Source: an uncultured Gammaproteobacteria bacterium (GTDB taxonomy: Bacteria > Patescibacteriota > Patescibacteriia > UBA1558 > GWA2-36-10). Taken from it: a stretch of 64,000 bases of DNA. Position 1 is the first letter of the stretch, and each line of letters opens with the position of its first letter. The notes beneath the pieces were generated by a model, which did not search any database, was not told the DNA's origin, and saw only the letters and a list, made by a program, of their open reading frames with translations. Shown one piece after another: positions 42,999 to 52,139 of this stretch. The stretch lies in assembly GCA_964638415.1 (NCBI GenBank), contig CAZWYP010000002.1:33997-97996 (forward strand), written 5' to 3'. The position numbers were made by a program, and so were the translations under genes.

Positions 42999-43685
42999 AT
43001 GAGCAAAACAGGAAAACGCTTGCAAGCTGCTCAAGCTAAAGTGGAAAAAGGAAAAACTTACAGTATTACCGAAGCGGTAAAATTGGTAAAAGAAACATCC
43101 AATGTTAAGTTTGATGCTACCGTAGAAGTGCATGCCAAGCTGGGAATTGACCCTAAGAAGGGCGACCAGATTGTTCGTGGCTCTGTGGTCTTGCCTCACG
43201 GCAGTGGCAAAAGCTTGAAAGTAGCGGCTTTTGTACCAACTGACCGCATCAAAGAAGCTAAGACTGCTGGAGCGGATATAGCCGGAGATGATGAACTGAT
43301 TGAAGAAATAAAAAAGACCGGTAAATGCGATTTTGATGTCGCTGTCACCGTGCCTAGCATGATGAAGAACTTAGCAGTCATTGCCCGCGTTTTAGGCCAG
43401 AAAGGCTTAATGCCTAATCCCAAGACGGATACCATCAACGAAGATCTTAATAAGATGATCGGTGAACTGAAGAAAGGAAAATTGTCTTATAAGAATGACG
43501 ATACAGCCAATGTCCATGCGGTGATCGGAAAAGTATCATTTACCGAAGAGCAAATCCAAGATAATTTCAAAGCTTTTCTGGAATCATTAAAGAGAATTAA
43601 GCCAGCTTCCATTAAGGGTAGTTATATCAAATCTTTGACTGTTACCACTTCCATGGGCCCGGGCATTAGAGTAAATAGCAATTAA
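42999..43685 (+). CDS. rplA: 50S ribosomal protein L1
   Basis: KFDATVE, LPHGSGK, LGQKGLMPNPK, TTSMGPG; start MSKTGKR at 42999. Confidence 0.97.
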   Translation: MSKTGKRLQAAQAKVEKGKTYSITEAVKLVKETSNVKFDATVEVHAKLGIDPKKGDQIVRGSVVLPHGSGKSLKVAAFVPTDRIKEAKTAGADIAGDDELIEEIKKTGKCDFDVAVTVPSMMKNLAVIARVLGQKGLMPNPKTDTINEDLNKMIGELKKGKLSYKNDDTANVHAVIGKVSFTEEQIQDNFKAFLESLKRIKPASIKGSYIKSLTVTTSMGPGIRVNSN

Positions 43686-43689
43686 ATTT

Positions 43690-43718
43690 AAAGATCCTGA
43701 TTTATTTCAGGATTTTTA
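43690..43718 (+). terminator. Intrinsic terminator after rplA
   Basis: AAGATCCTGA-tttatt-TCAGGATTTTT. Confidence 0.75.
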
Positions 43719-43733
43719 GTTAAATAAAATATT

Positions 43734-44141
43734 ATGCCAACTTTAGAAACACCAACACAGAATTTAGAAACTCTCAATGAGGAAATAGGGACACTGCTAG
43801 ATGAATTAGCAGCTAAAGCGAAGGTAATTACTGAAGACAGTTTTGAGGAGTTTAAGCAAGCTCAGGCTCTTTTGCAACAAGCTAAAACTCTAGGTTTGGA
43901 AGTTAAAGACTACCAGCAGAAATTTACTGAAGCAGTAGCCAGATATTATGATGAAATTATTAATAAGGTAATTGGGCAGTTGGAAGAGAAAGTTAATAAT
44001 TCCCAGCCGGAAGCATATTTATTACTAACTAAAGCCGGCCATTTATTATCTGAAGCTAAAGGTTTTGGCGTAGATATGCTGGAAGAGCATGAAAAAATGC
44101 AACAGCTGGATAAGCTGACTCAGGAAAAAATAAGATTATAG
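43734..44141 (+). CDS. Hypothetical acidic alpha-helical protein with an internal repeat
   Basis: LLQQAKTLGLEV and LLSEAKGFGVDM form an internal repeat. Confidence 0.7.
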   Translation: MPTLETPTQNLETLNEEIGTLLDELAAKAKVITEDSFEEFKQAQALLQQAKTLGLEVKDYQQKFTEAVARYYDEIINKVIGQLEEKVNNSQPEAYLLLTKAGHLLSEAKGFGVDMLEEHEKMQQLDKLTQEKIRL

Positions 44142-44142
44142 T

Positions 44143-44190
44143 AAAAAGAAAAACACCCACTCTTAAGCAGTTGCTTAGGGTGGGTGTTTA
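44143..44190. terminator. Bidirectional terminator
   Basis: AAACACCCAC.CTTAAGC-agtt-GCTTAGG-GTGGGTGTTT; long T-tract on the minus strand. Confidence 0.8.
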
Positions 44191-44198
44191 AATTGGAG

Positions 44199-44442
44199 GT
44201 CCAAGTGCGGTGTTGATCGCTTCGTTGTCGGTGTGGATTTCTCCACGTGTTGGTTGATTTTTCGCCAGTTATGGCGACTTGTTTTGTACCAGAGCATAGA
44301 GCCACCGGTAGCTTCAAAGTTCCGCAAAGGAAACCAACGGCGGCGCAGACAAATAAGCAACGATCCCAAAAGGCGGATCGTATCGAGATGAGAGCGCGGA
44401 CCACGGGGTCCGGATCAGACAGCGATTCAGCCGCACTTGGAC
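44199..44442 (-). ncRNA. Candidate unannotated structured RNA (~245 nt)
   Basis: 12-bp terminal inverted repeat closes at least seven nested helices; GC-rich; minus-strand promoter upstream and terminator downstream; overlaps a doubtful ORF. Confidence 0.5.
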
Positions 44443-44474
44443 TTTTCATTTGTTCAGAGAACATTAATATCTAT

Positions 44475-44502
44475 ATATTAGCATAATTTATTATTTTGTC
44501 AA
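44475..44502 (-). promoter_or_regulatory. Sigma70 promoter driving the structured element
   Basis: TTGACA-16 nt-TAATAT with extended -10 TG on the minus strand. Confidence 0.65.
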
Positions 44503-44570
44503 CAGTCTTAATTTGCCAAGATTATTGCGGTATGTTAAGTTGTTTTTAAGCTAAACAGTAAGTAAAATAT

Positions 44571-46055
44571 ATGATTTTATCTTTAGTTAATGATTTAAAA
44601 CAAACAACTAATGACCTTTTATTTTTTCCCGTCAGCCAAGATAGTGAACAAATTAATAAGCTGTTAAAGCAGTTGCATGCTGACAATAAAGAAAATATCT
44701 GGCGCTTGAAAAAAGAGAATTTTTCAGGAAAAGTTGGACAGACTTTTACTGTTTTTAGTAAGCCAAGCATTGTGCTATTAGGTCTTGGAAAATTAGATAA
44801 AATAACTTCAGAGCATTGGCGGCAAACCGCCGGGCAATTAGTCCATTATTTGGAGAATTACCAGGCAGAGGAAATAGGCATTATAGCTAATTATTGGTTT
44901 AAAGGCAGTCAGAATGCTTACCAGCTTGGACAAGCTTTAGCAGTAGGATTATCTTTGGCTAATTACCAGTTTAATAAATATAAAAAACAGGAAGATAAAC
45001 TGTCTGTAAACATCAGACAATTTAATGTGGCAATTAATCCAGATAAGCGCTTATCTTTTAAGAAAGGCTGGGAAGATGGTCTGCTTTTGGCTAAGGGCAC
45101 TAAAGTTGCCCGTGATTTAGTCAATGAACCGGCCAGAGTGATGACGCCTGAATTTCTGGCTCAGTATGCCAAAAGCTTATCTGGGCATGGATCAGGGATT
45201 GCGGTTAAGATTTTAGAAAAAGATGATTGTCTCAAATTAGGCATGCAGGCCTTTTTAAGCGTAGCGGAAGGATCTAATAAGCCGCCAAAATTTATTCACT
45301 TGGTTTATAAGCCTAAAGCCCGAACTAAAAATAAAATAGCCTTAGTCGGCAAAGGAATTACTTTTGACAGTGGCGGTTTGAACATTAAGCATGATGATGG
45401 CATGATTAACATGAAGATTGATATGGGCGGAGCAGCAACAGTGCTGGGCTTATTTGCTATTTTACCCCAGTTAAAACCGCGGGCTGAAGTGCATGGCTTT
45501 ATTGCTGCTTGTGAGAATATGCCTTCCGGATCTGCTTTAAAGCCCGGCGATGTAGTCAGTAATTTGCAAGGAAAGACTATGGAGATTGGCAATACTGATG
45601 CTGAAGGCAGAGTAACCTTAGCCGATTCATTAGCTTATGCCCAGAAAAAAGGCCTGAAAACCATTATTGATTTAGCTACTTTAACGGGAGCAGTAATGGT
45701 AGCTTTAGGTGATCGTTATGCCGGCTTATTTGCTAATAATGATGAGTTAGCTAAGAATATCTTAAATGCCGCGCAAATATCTGGAGAAAAGATTTGGCAA
45801 TTGCCTTTGCCTTCAGAGTATAAGGAGTTAAATAAAAGCCAGATTGCTGATGTCCGCAATATTCCTTCTTCCAGATACGGCGGAGCAATTAGCGCTGCGC
45901 TTTTCTTGCAGGAGTTTATTAACAACGATGTTGCTTGGGCTCATTTAGATATTGCCGGCCCAGTTTATGCTGAGAAGCCTTTTAATAGCTATACGCCGGT
46001 GGGTGGGGTAGGATTCGGCGTGCGTACTTTAGCGGAATGGTTGAAAAATTTTTAG
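44571..46055 (+). CDS. pepA: Leucyl aminopeptidase (M17)
   Basis: GKGITFDSGG, MKIDMGGAA, NTDAEGR, DLATLTGA, HLDIAG. Confidence 0.95.
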   Translation: MILSLVNDLKQTTNDLLFFPVSQDSEQINKLLKQLHADNKENIWRLKKENFSGKVGQTFTVFSKPSIVLLGLGKLDKITSEHWRQTAGQLVHYLENYQAEEIGIIANYWFKGSQNAYQLGQALAVGLSLANYQFNKYKKQEDKLSVNIRQFNVAINPDKRLSFKKGWEDGLLLAKGTKVARDLVNEPARVMTPEFLAQYAKSLSGHGSGIAVKILEKDDCLKLGMQAFLSVAEGSNKPPKFIHLVYKPKARTKNKIALVGKGITFDSGGLNIKHDDGMINMKIDMGGAATVLGLFAILPQLKPRAEVHGFIAACENMPSGSALKPGDVVSNLQGKTMEIGNTDAEGRVTLADSLAYAQKKGLKTIIDLATLTGAVMVALGDRYAGLFANNDELAKNILNAAQISGEKIWQLPLPSEYKELNKSQIADVRNIPSSRYGGAISAALFLQEFINNDVAWAHLDIAGPVYAEKPFNSYTPVGGVGFGVRTLAEWLKNF

Positions 46056-46132
46056 CTTTTTATAATTGTGTAATACAGCTTCCCATTTTTATTATAGTTG
46101 CTTTATATGGCAATAAGTTGTATATATATAAT

Positions 46133-46630
46133 ATGAGGACAATTAAGCAAGTAGATAAGTTTATAAAAAATCTTGAAAGTAAAGCCAAAAAAGACAAAAT
46201 TCAAAGATTTTTGGTTGGTGGTGTTGTTTTTTCAATGGGGAAGATTTTAATAGTTAGAAGGTCATTTAAGGATGATTTTTTGCCAGGTTATTTTGAGATC
46301 CCTGGTGGGCGTATTGAAGAAGATGAAAATATTATCCAAGGATTAGAAAGAGAAATAGAGGAAGAGACAAATCTTAAAATAAAAGGACAGCTTAAGTATA
46401 TTGGTTATTTTGATGTCGTTTCTCCTGATGGAAAAAAAGCTAGACAGTTTAATTTTTTAGTCCAGACTATTAGTAATAAAGTTAAACTTTCTGATGAACA
46501 TTATTCACATCATTGGTTTGGAATAGATAATTATAAGGATATTTTTTCTTTACAAATTATTATACCTATAAAGAAATTATTAGAGAAAGTTATTAGTCAA
46601 ATAGAAAAAGATCCATCAGTTGCAATATGA
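46133..46630 (+). CDS. NUDIX hydrolase
   Basis: Nudix box PGGRIEEDENIIQGLEREIEEETNL and LSDEH; AT-rich; ATG at 46133. Confidence 0.88.
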   Translation: MRTIKQVDKFIKNLESKAKKDKIQRFLVGGVVFSMGKILIVRRSFKDDFLPGYFEIPGGRIEEDENIIQGLEREIEEETNLKIKGQLKYIGYFDVVSPDGKKARQFNFLVQTISNKVKLSDEHYSHHWFGIDNYKDIFSLQIIIPIKKLLEKVISQIEKDPSVAI

Positions 46631-46644
46631 TGGATCTTTAATAT

Positions 46645-47640
46645 TCACTTCGGGCCTTGATGAAAAATAGCCTTGTCATAGATTTGAAGTGCGTCGTGTA
46701 TAATCACCTTTAGTTTATCTAGGTTGATTTGTCTGGTATCTATACACAAATCTTCCCTAAATAAACAATATTGTAAACGAGAATCTGCAGTCAATCTAAG
46801 AGCCATGAGAGCTGAGTCACAAGGGTAATATTTACATCCAGCACAAATTGATCCATACCATGCTCCTTCGTGGTGGTCTTTTAGGATTACGGTTAGGCCT
46901 AGGGGCATGGTAAATTTTAACATTGGATTTCCGAGTCCTCCTGGTTGTAAGTACGTTTCTGCTTTGTTTGCAGACATTCTCAATCTATCTGCTATCGTGT
47001 TGAGAGGTAGGTAAATTTTGCGCAGTGAATCAATTCCTAAGAGTCGGGCGCGACTAATGAATGTCTCAGGTCCATCTTCAACATCTGCCATAAGGTCAAG
47101 GAGTTTTAATTCTTTTACTCCTATATTTTGGCAGAAATTAATCATTTCATCCACTTCATGGTCATTTATTCCAGACATAATAACCATGTTGACTTTACAG
47201 GGAATGCCAGCGTCCACGCATTTTTTTAATGCATCTAACAAAATTTCCAAGTCTTTGATTCCAGTAATTTTTTGATGCAGCTCAGGATCAAGTGTGTCGA
47301 CGCTAAAGTTTAATAAATCCAAATTGGATTCAATAAACGATTGAAAATGGTTAACAATCCTTGGATGTCTAGATATCACCTCTAGACTGCAGTTCATTTG
47401 ATTTTTAATCTGTTGAACAACTTTGCTCAAGTAAGGCCATAAAGCGGGATCTCCTCCAGTCAGCTTTATTTTGTTTATACCAAAATCAACGCAAATTTTT
47501 GCAATAATTAACACTGTTTTTGGATCCAATTCTAGCGCAGGGGATGTTTGTACCGCTTCTCCAGAAGGTCGGCAGAAAAAACAAGCTCTACCACATCGAG
47601 AGTTGACGGCTATTCTGAGTTGTGGTAACTTCGAAAACAT
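46645..47640 (-). CDS. MoaA-like radical SAM enzyme
   Basis: LRIAVNSRCGRACFFC (CxxxCxxC), LTGGDP, KVNMV, C-terminal CAGC..PC..LRLTAD..CL; GGGAG SD before ATG 47640. Confidence 0.8.
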   Translation of the reverse strand: MFSKLPQLRIAVNSRCGRACFFCRPSGEAVQTSPALELDPKTVLIIAKICVDFGINKIKLTGGDPALWPYLSKVVQQIKNQMNCSLEVISRHPRIVNHFQSFIESNLDLLNFSVDTLDPELHQKITGIKDLEILLDALKKCVDAGIPCKVNMVIMSGINDHEVDEMINFCQNIGVKELKLLDLMADVEDGPETFISRARLLGIDSLRKIYLPLNTIADRLRMSANKAETYLQPGGLGNPMLKFTMPLGLTVILKDHHEGAWYGSICAGCKYYPCDSALMALRLTADSRLQYCLFREDLCIDTRQINLDKLKVIIHDALQIYDKAIFHQGPK

Positions 47641-47733
47641 TTTTAGCTCTCCCATAGATTTAATTTAAAGAACACTATTCAAGTAATCCATACTGTCATA
47701 TAAATTAAAATTTGTCAAAATTTTTAGAGAAAT

Positions 47734-47763
47734 AAAAATCCTGCTTTAAAGGCAGGATTTTTT
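47734..47763 (-). terminator. Terminator after pth
   Basis: AAAAATCCTGC...GCAGGATTTTT. Confidence 0.8.
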
Positions 47764-48316
47764 AATTATACTTATTAGCAGCTATATCTGGACTTTCGGC
47801 AATAATTGTTTCTAGAGCTAGGGCAGCGGTATCGGCAATTTCTGGAATTTTCTTTTTTTGCTCAACTGAGAAATTCTGCAGGACAAAGTCTTCAGCTTTT
47901 CCTTGCTGGGGAGCTAAGCCTAGTCGAATACGGATAAATTCTTTAGATTTTAAATGTTCAATAATGGAATTAACGCCATTATGTCCGCCACCGGAACGAT
48001 TAGCGGAAATGCGTATTTTGCCAAAAGGCAGATCCAGATCATCGTAAATAACAATGATATTTTTAGGGGTAATTTTATAAAAATGCTTCAGAGCTTGAAC
48101 GGCTAATCCGGAATTATTCATAAAAGTTAAGGGTTTGGCTAAGATAATTTTCTCCGCTCCCAAGCTAAATTCCGCCACTTCACTTAGACTGACTTTATGC
48201 TTTTTCCAAGTAAGCTGTTTTTTATTGGCAATATTATCTAAAACCAGCCAGCCAAAATTATGCCTGGTCCATTGGTATTTTGCTTCTGGATTGCCTAAGC
48301 CAATTACTAATTTCAT
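47762..48316 (-). CDS. pth: Peptidyl-tRNA hydrolase
   Basis: GLGNP, TRHNFG, KPLTFMNNSG, GGHNG. Confidence 0.96.
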   Translation of the reverse strand: MKLVIGLGNPEAKYQWTRHNFGWLVLDNIANKKQLTWKKHKVSLSEVAEFSLGAEKIILAKPLTFMNNSGLAVQALKHFYKITPKNIIVIYDDLDLPFGKIRISANRSGGGHNGVNSIIEHLKSKEFIRIRLGLAPQQGKAEDFVLQNFSVEQKKKIPEIADTAALALETIIAESPDIAANKYN

Positions 48317-48321
48317 TATTT

Positions 48322-49680
48322 TTAATTCTTGTCTTTAAGATTTTGGGTTTTAATTATCCTGATTTTTATCGGGACACCGGTGAAATCAAATTTATAGCGC
48401 AAATTATTTTCAATAAATTTAAGATATGATTCATGCAATTCTGCCTTGAAGTCTATTTTAACGGTAAAGAGGGGAGGGTTGGTAGCTATTTGCTTTAAGC
48501 TGTAAATATAAGGATGCTTAGTACCTTTGCCGCGGGAAGGCTTATGTTTTTTAACAATGCTTTTCAGCAGTTTGTCCAAGACATTATCGCTAATAGTTTT
48601 ATGCTTTTCCTGGAAGATTTTAATGACTAAGGGTAGGATTTTATGCAGGTTTATCTTGTGATTAGCAGAGGTAAATAATAATGGCGCCCAAGGCAGAAAA
48701 GGTAGGAATCCCCGGTAATAGCTGGTATATTCTTTGTCGCTTTTATGGTCTTTATTCGGGACAGCATCCCATTTATTGGCGATAATTATTACTCCAACGC
48801 CAGCGCCAATTAGCTCACTGGCTAAATGCTTGTCTTGGAAGCTCAAAGGTTGCGTAACATCGGTAATAAATAAGACAACATCAGCTCGTTTAATGCTAAA
48901 GAGGCTTTGCTCTACGCTTTGTTTTTCAAAAGGGTCAAAAGCCCGCTTGCTTTTGCGCCGAATACCAGCGGTGTCAATAAAAACTATTTTTTTCTTTTGG
49001 AAGTTAATGAGAATATCCTGTGAGTCGCGGGTAGTATGTGGTATATCGGAAACAATTAAACGCTCCTCATTAAGCAGGGCGTTGATCAGGGAAGATTTGC
49101 CGACATTAGGTTGACCAATGATGGCGATTTTAATAACCTTGTCTTCTGCGGGCTGAGTGCTTTTAGCACTAGGTTTTTTTATTTTTCTCAAAGCGCTTAC
49201 TATTTGATCCAGTAAATCGCCGCTGCCTTTGCCATTACCGGCAGAAACTGGGAAAGGCTCCCCGATATTAAGTTGGTAAAATTCCGCTATCTGGTTGGTT
49301 ATTTTTTCCGTATCTGCTTTATTAGCTGCTAAGACAATAGGTTTTTTATATTGTTTTAGCAGATTGGCAACTTTTTTATCTTCAACCATCAAGCCGGTTT
49401 TGCTGTCCACTACCATTAAGAATAAATCCGCTTCGTCCAGAGCATATTTTAATTGCCGATTGATTTGCTTATCCATCGGCAGTTTTTCATCGGTTAAGCC
49501 GCCGGTGTCAATTAAATTAAAATCCAGGCCATTCCAAGAACAGATAGCGTAATTTCTGTCCCTGGTAGTGCCGGCCGCTGGAGAAACAATAGCTTTGGGT
49601 TCAGAGATCAGCCGATTGAATAAAGTTGATTTACCGACATTAACTCGGCCGATAATTGCTACTTGGTAAAGTCTAGCCAT
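48322..49680 (-). CDS. der: Ribosome biogenesis GTPase Der
   Basis: Two G domains (GRVNVGKS, GQPNVGKS, DTGG, DTAG, NKxD); start MARLY at 49680. Confidence 0.96.
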   Translation of the reverse strand: MARLYQVAIIGRVNVGKSTLFNRLISEPKAIVSPAAGTTRDRNYAICSWNGLDFNLIDTGGLTDEKLPMDKQINRQLKYALDEADLFLMVVDSKTGLMVEDKKVANLLKQYKKPIVLAANKADTEKITNQIAEFYQLNIGEPFPVSAGNGKGSGDLLDQIVSALRKIKKPSAKSTQPAEDKVIKIAIIGQPNVGKSSLINALLNEERLIVSDIPHTTRDSQDILINFQKKKIVFIDTAGIRRKSKRAFDPFEKQSVEQSLFSIKRADVVLFITDVTQPLSFQDKHLASELIGAGVGVIIIANKWDAVPNKDHKSDKEYTSYYRGFLPFLPWAPLLFTSANHKINLHKILPLVIKIFQEKHKTISDNVLDKLLKSIVKKHKPSRGKGTKHPYIYSLKQIATNPPLFTVKIDFKAELHESYLKFIENNLRYKFDFTGVPIKIRIIKTQNLKDKN

Positions 49681-49687
49681 AAGTATA

Positions 49688-51268
49688 TTATAGAGGGATT
49701 TCCGGCAATGTGGAAGTAGAAGTAGTAGCGTTAAGCAGAGAAGGATCAATAGTAGTGACAATATCTATTGCTTCCTGATACTGGTCATTTCCTAAAACAA
49801 TTAAGAAATCCAATTTTTCCGGCTGGCCGTTTTCATCAACAATATTCCAATTTTGCGTTACCACAGAATTGGAGAAATTCAATGGTATTTCCTTATTAGC
49901 TTTTACATTAAAAATAGCTTCTAAAGTTTTTTGGGTAGCCGGTTTATCGTCATTGTATTGGTAGATTACCGTTACTACTTTATCTTGCTGGTCGGCATTA
50001 CCGAAGCGCAATACTTCATAGCCCATTAGGTTCAGGTGATTAACTGCTTGGGAAGCTAAACCCGGTATAGCGGTGCCGTTCTGGATGACAATTTTAGCTT
50101 TTTCATCGCTGACTTCCCCCAAGCTGAAAATATTTTTAACTAGCTGCTGGATTTGGTCAAAGCTGCCGGAAACTGGCTGAAGAATATAGGCGCCATCCAA
50201 AGCAATGCCGGCTTTTAAGAAGCCGCCTGCGCTGTTATCTATAGAGCGGACAGTGATCTTTTGGGTATCCAAGCCTTTAGCTAAATGAATCAATCGCACC
50301 GCTTCCCAGGGTTCCATATTAGTGGTGGTGTACTGATTAAATAAAGAAAATAGATTGGTTATTTTCTGTGGATTGATCAGAGTATTGAAAGAAGTGGCTT
50401 TGTCTTTGACTGCGGCAATAATTTTTTGCTGACGCTTGCTACGGGCAAAATCCGAGCCTTCGCCATTATTGCCGTGCCTGGAACGGGCAAAGCGCAAAGC
50501 AGTTAAGCCATCCATATGCTGTTCTCCAGCCTTAAAAGATATTTCCTGGTATTTATAATCTTCCGTGGGGAATTGGTTATCTACAAAGGCTTTTTCCACA
50601 TTAACTTTAATACCGCCTATTGCATCAATGATTTTGACAAAGCCTTCAAAATCAACTGCTCCATAGTAATGGATAGGAATATCCAGCGTATCGCCGATAA
50701 TGTCCTTGGTATATTCTCCAGCATCAATACCCTGATTAATACCAATGGAATATATGCTGTTTATTTTGCGGTAATCGCCAGGGGTAATAGGGACAATCAT
50801 ATCCCGAGGAATGGAGATCATGGCCGCTTTTTGCGTTGACGGCTGGAAACTGACTAAAACTATAGTATCGGTTAAATAAGGGCCGCTATGTCCCGGTCCA
50901 CCCATGCCTAATAGCAGAAAGTTAATCCGATCTTCTTTTTCGCCTTCTAAGTATTTATCTCCCGGGGCAATGATGTTGATAATCTGGCGGAGCAAATAGC
51001 TGTTTTTAATTCCGCCTAAGAAGCTGTTATTGTCGGAAGCTAGGATTTTGGCTATTAAGCTGAATACAATGATCAGGATAATAAAAAAATAAGAGAGTTT
51101 TTTCCGTTTCCCATTTTTTGACCTTGGCCTTTGAGGTAAATTTTGATTGCTGCCGGTTTTTGAATCTGACTGATTATAATTCCTATCCATTCTTTCATCG
51201 GCAGATTCGGGTAATTCTTGCTCCAAAAAATTTATTTTTTTTCTCTGAAAATCAGTGTTAACCATCAC
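49688..51268 (-). CDS. LCP (LytR-CpsA-Psr) family protein with C-terminal LytR_C domain
   Basis: TDTI, SIPRD, KINS, ARSRH, SDFARSKRQQ; IQNGT..PGLA. Confidence 0.92.
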   Translation of the reverse strand: MMVNTDFQRKKINFLEQELPESADERMDRNYNQSDSKTGSNQNLPQRPRSKNGKRKKLSYFFIILIIVFSLIAKILASDNNSFLGGIKNSYLLRQIINIIAPGDKYLEGEKEDRINFLLLGMGGPGHSGPYLTDTIVLVSFQPSTQKAAMISIPRDMIVPITPGDYRKINSIYSIGINQGIDAGEYTKDIIGDTLDIPIHYYGAVDFEGFVKIIDAIGGIKVNVEKAFVDNQFPTEDYKYQEISFKAGEQHMDGLTALRFARSRHGNNGEGSDFARSKRQQKIIAAVKDKATSFNTLINPQKITNLFSLFNQYTTTNMEPWEAVRLIHLAKGLDTQKITVRSIDNSAGGFLKAGIALDGAYILQPVSGSFDQIQQLVKNIFSLGEVSDEKAKIVIQNGTAIPGLASQAVNHLNLMGYEVLRFGNADQQDKVVTVIYQYNDDKPATQKTLEAIFNVKANKEIPLNFSNSVVTQNWNIVDENGQPEKLDFLIVLGNDQYQEAIDIVTTIDPSLLNATTSTSTLPEIPL

Positions 51269-51303
51269 AAAAAAGACTTAGTTTTTCCTAATTAAGTAGT
51301 TGA

Positions 51304-51388
51304 ATTATACAAGTTTAAAGCTTGGCAGTCAATGCCGTAAAATTGCCTAAAGTAAGCAGTTGCTTTTAATTTATTGATTGTGTATAAT
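51304..51388. promoter_or_regulatory. Divergent promoters for the LCP-der-pth and lepB-hisS units
   Basis: Minus strand TTGACT-17-TATAAT (51332-51304); plus strand TTGCTT-17-TATAAT (51360-51388). Confidence 0.75.
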
Positions 51389-51428
51389 AATTTTGTTATT
51401 TAATTTTTTCCAATAAAATTAGGCAAAA

Positions 51429-52127
51429 ATGGATAAAAACAACGATAAATTTATCTATCAAGATAATAATAATTCAGCGCCCAGCCTGCCACCAGAAGAG
51501 TTGGAGGTAATTAAGGAAGTTGATGATCGCGATTTGGACTTTAGTCTGTCAGAGAAGGAGGAAGGCGAAAATTTTGTGATGTCAGGCGCCAAGAAATTTG
51601 GCTTATTTGTTTTTGAGATTGTGAAGATTGTGGTAATCTCTTTAGCAATTATTTTGCCGGTTAGGATGTTTTTGATTCAGCCTTTTTATGTCGAAGGTGC
51701 TTCTATGGAGCCCAATTTCTATCATAGCGAGTATCTTATTATTGATGAATTATCCTATCGTTTTACTGAACCAGAGCGGGGAGAGGTGGTGGTTTTCCGC
51801 AATCCTAAAGATACCAGCCAGTACTATATTAAGAGAATTATTGGTTTGCCGGGAGAAAAAGTTGAAGTGAAAAACGGCCGGGTATACATTGATGATGTAG
51901 AGCTTAAAGAGGACTCTTATTTGAATCATGTGGTGACGGAAGAGCCTGTTGTCTTAACTTTGCAGCCTGATGAATATTTTGTTATGGGAGATAACCGCTC
52001 AGTCAGTTATGATTCGCGCCGCTTCAAAGCTGTACCCAAAAAATATATTATTGGCAAAGTCTGGTTCCGTGGCTGGCCAATTAACCGAATTTCCACCTTT
52101 AATACTCCGGATTACCAGGGACTATAA
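51429..52127 (+). CDS. lepB: Signal peptidase I
   Basis: GASMEP, YIKRIIGLPG, MGDNR..SYDSR. Confidence 0.95.
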   Translation: MDKNNDKFIYQDNNNSAPSLPPEELEVIKEVDDRDLDFSLSEKEEGENFVMSGAKKFGLFVFEIVKIVVISLAIILPVRMFLIQPFYVEGASMEPNFYHSEYLIIDELSYRFTEPERGEVVVFRNPKDTSQYYIKRIIGLPGEKVEVKNGRVYIDDVELKEDSYLNHVVTEEPVVLTLQPDEYFVMGDNRSVSYDSRRFKAVPKKYIIGKVWFRGWPINRISTFNTPDYQGL

Positions 52128-52139
52128 TTTATATTTACT

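Noticed and set aside
44199-44442. Identification of the structured element as RNase P RNA, tmRNA, SRP RNA, 6S RNA, a retron RNA or a MITE
   Set aside because: Only fragments resemble them (GAAAAGUCC; AUAACUGGC like a tmRNA resume site). There is no RNase P CR-V, no tRNA-like ends or Ala-Ala-stop tag, no SRP domain IV, and it is too branched for 6S. No reverse transcriptase is nearby and no target-site duplication is visible.
44120-44486. ORFs 44120-44464(-), 44175-44369(-) and 44247-44486(+) as proteins
   Set aside because: They overlap each other, lack recognisable motifs, and the longest crosses the terminator into the opposite gene. Not annotated as CDS, though coding potential is not fully excluded.
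49681-49761. Long N-terminal extensions in the ORF track (der; also rplA 42951, atpZ 21715, NUDIX 46037, giant protein 55900)
   Set aside because: They overlap upstream genes, promoters or RNA elements; downstream ATGs match the family N-termini
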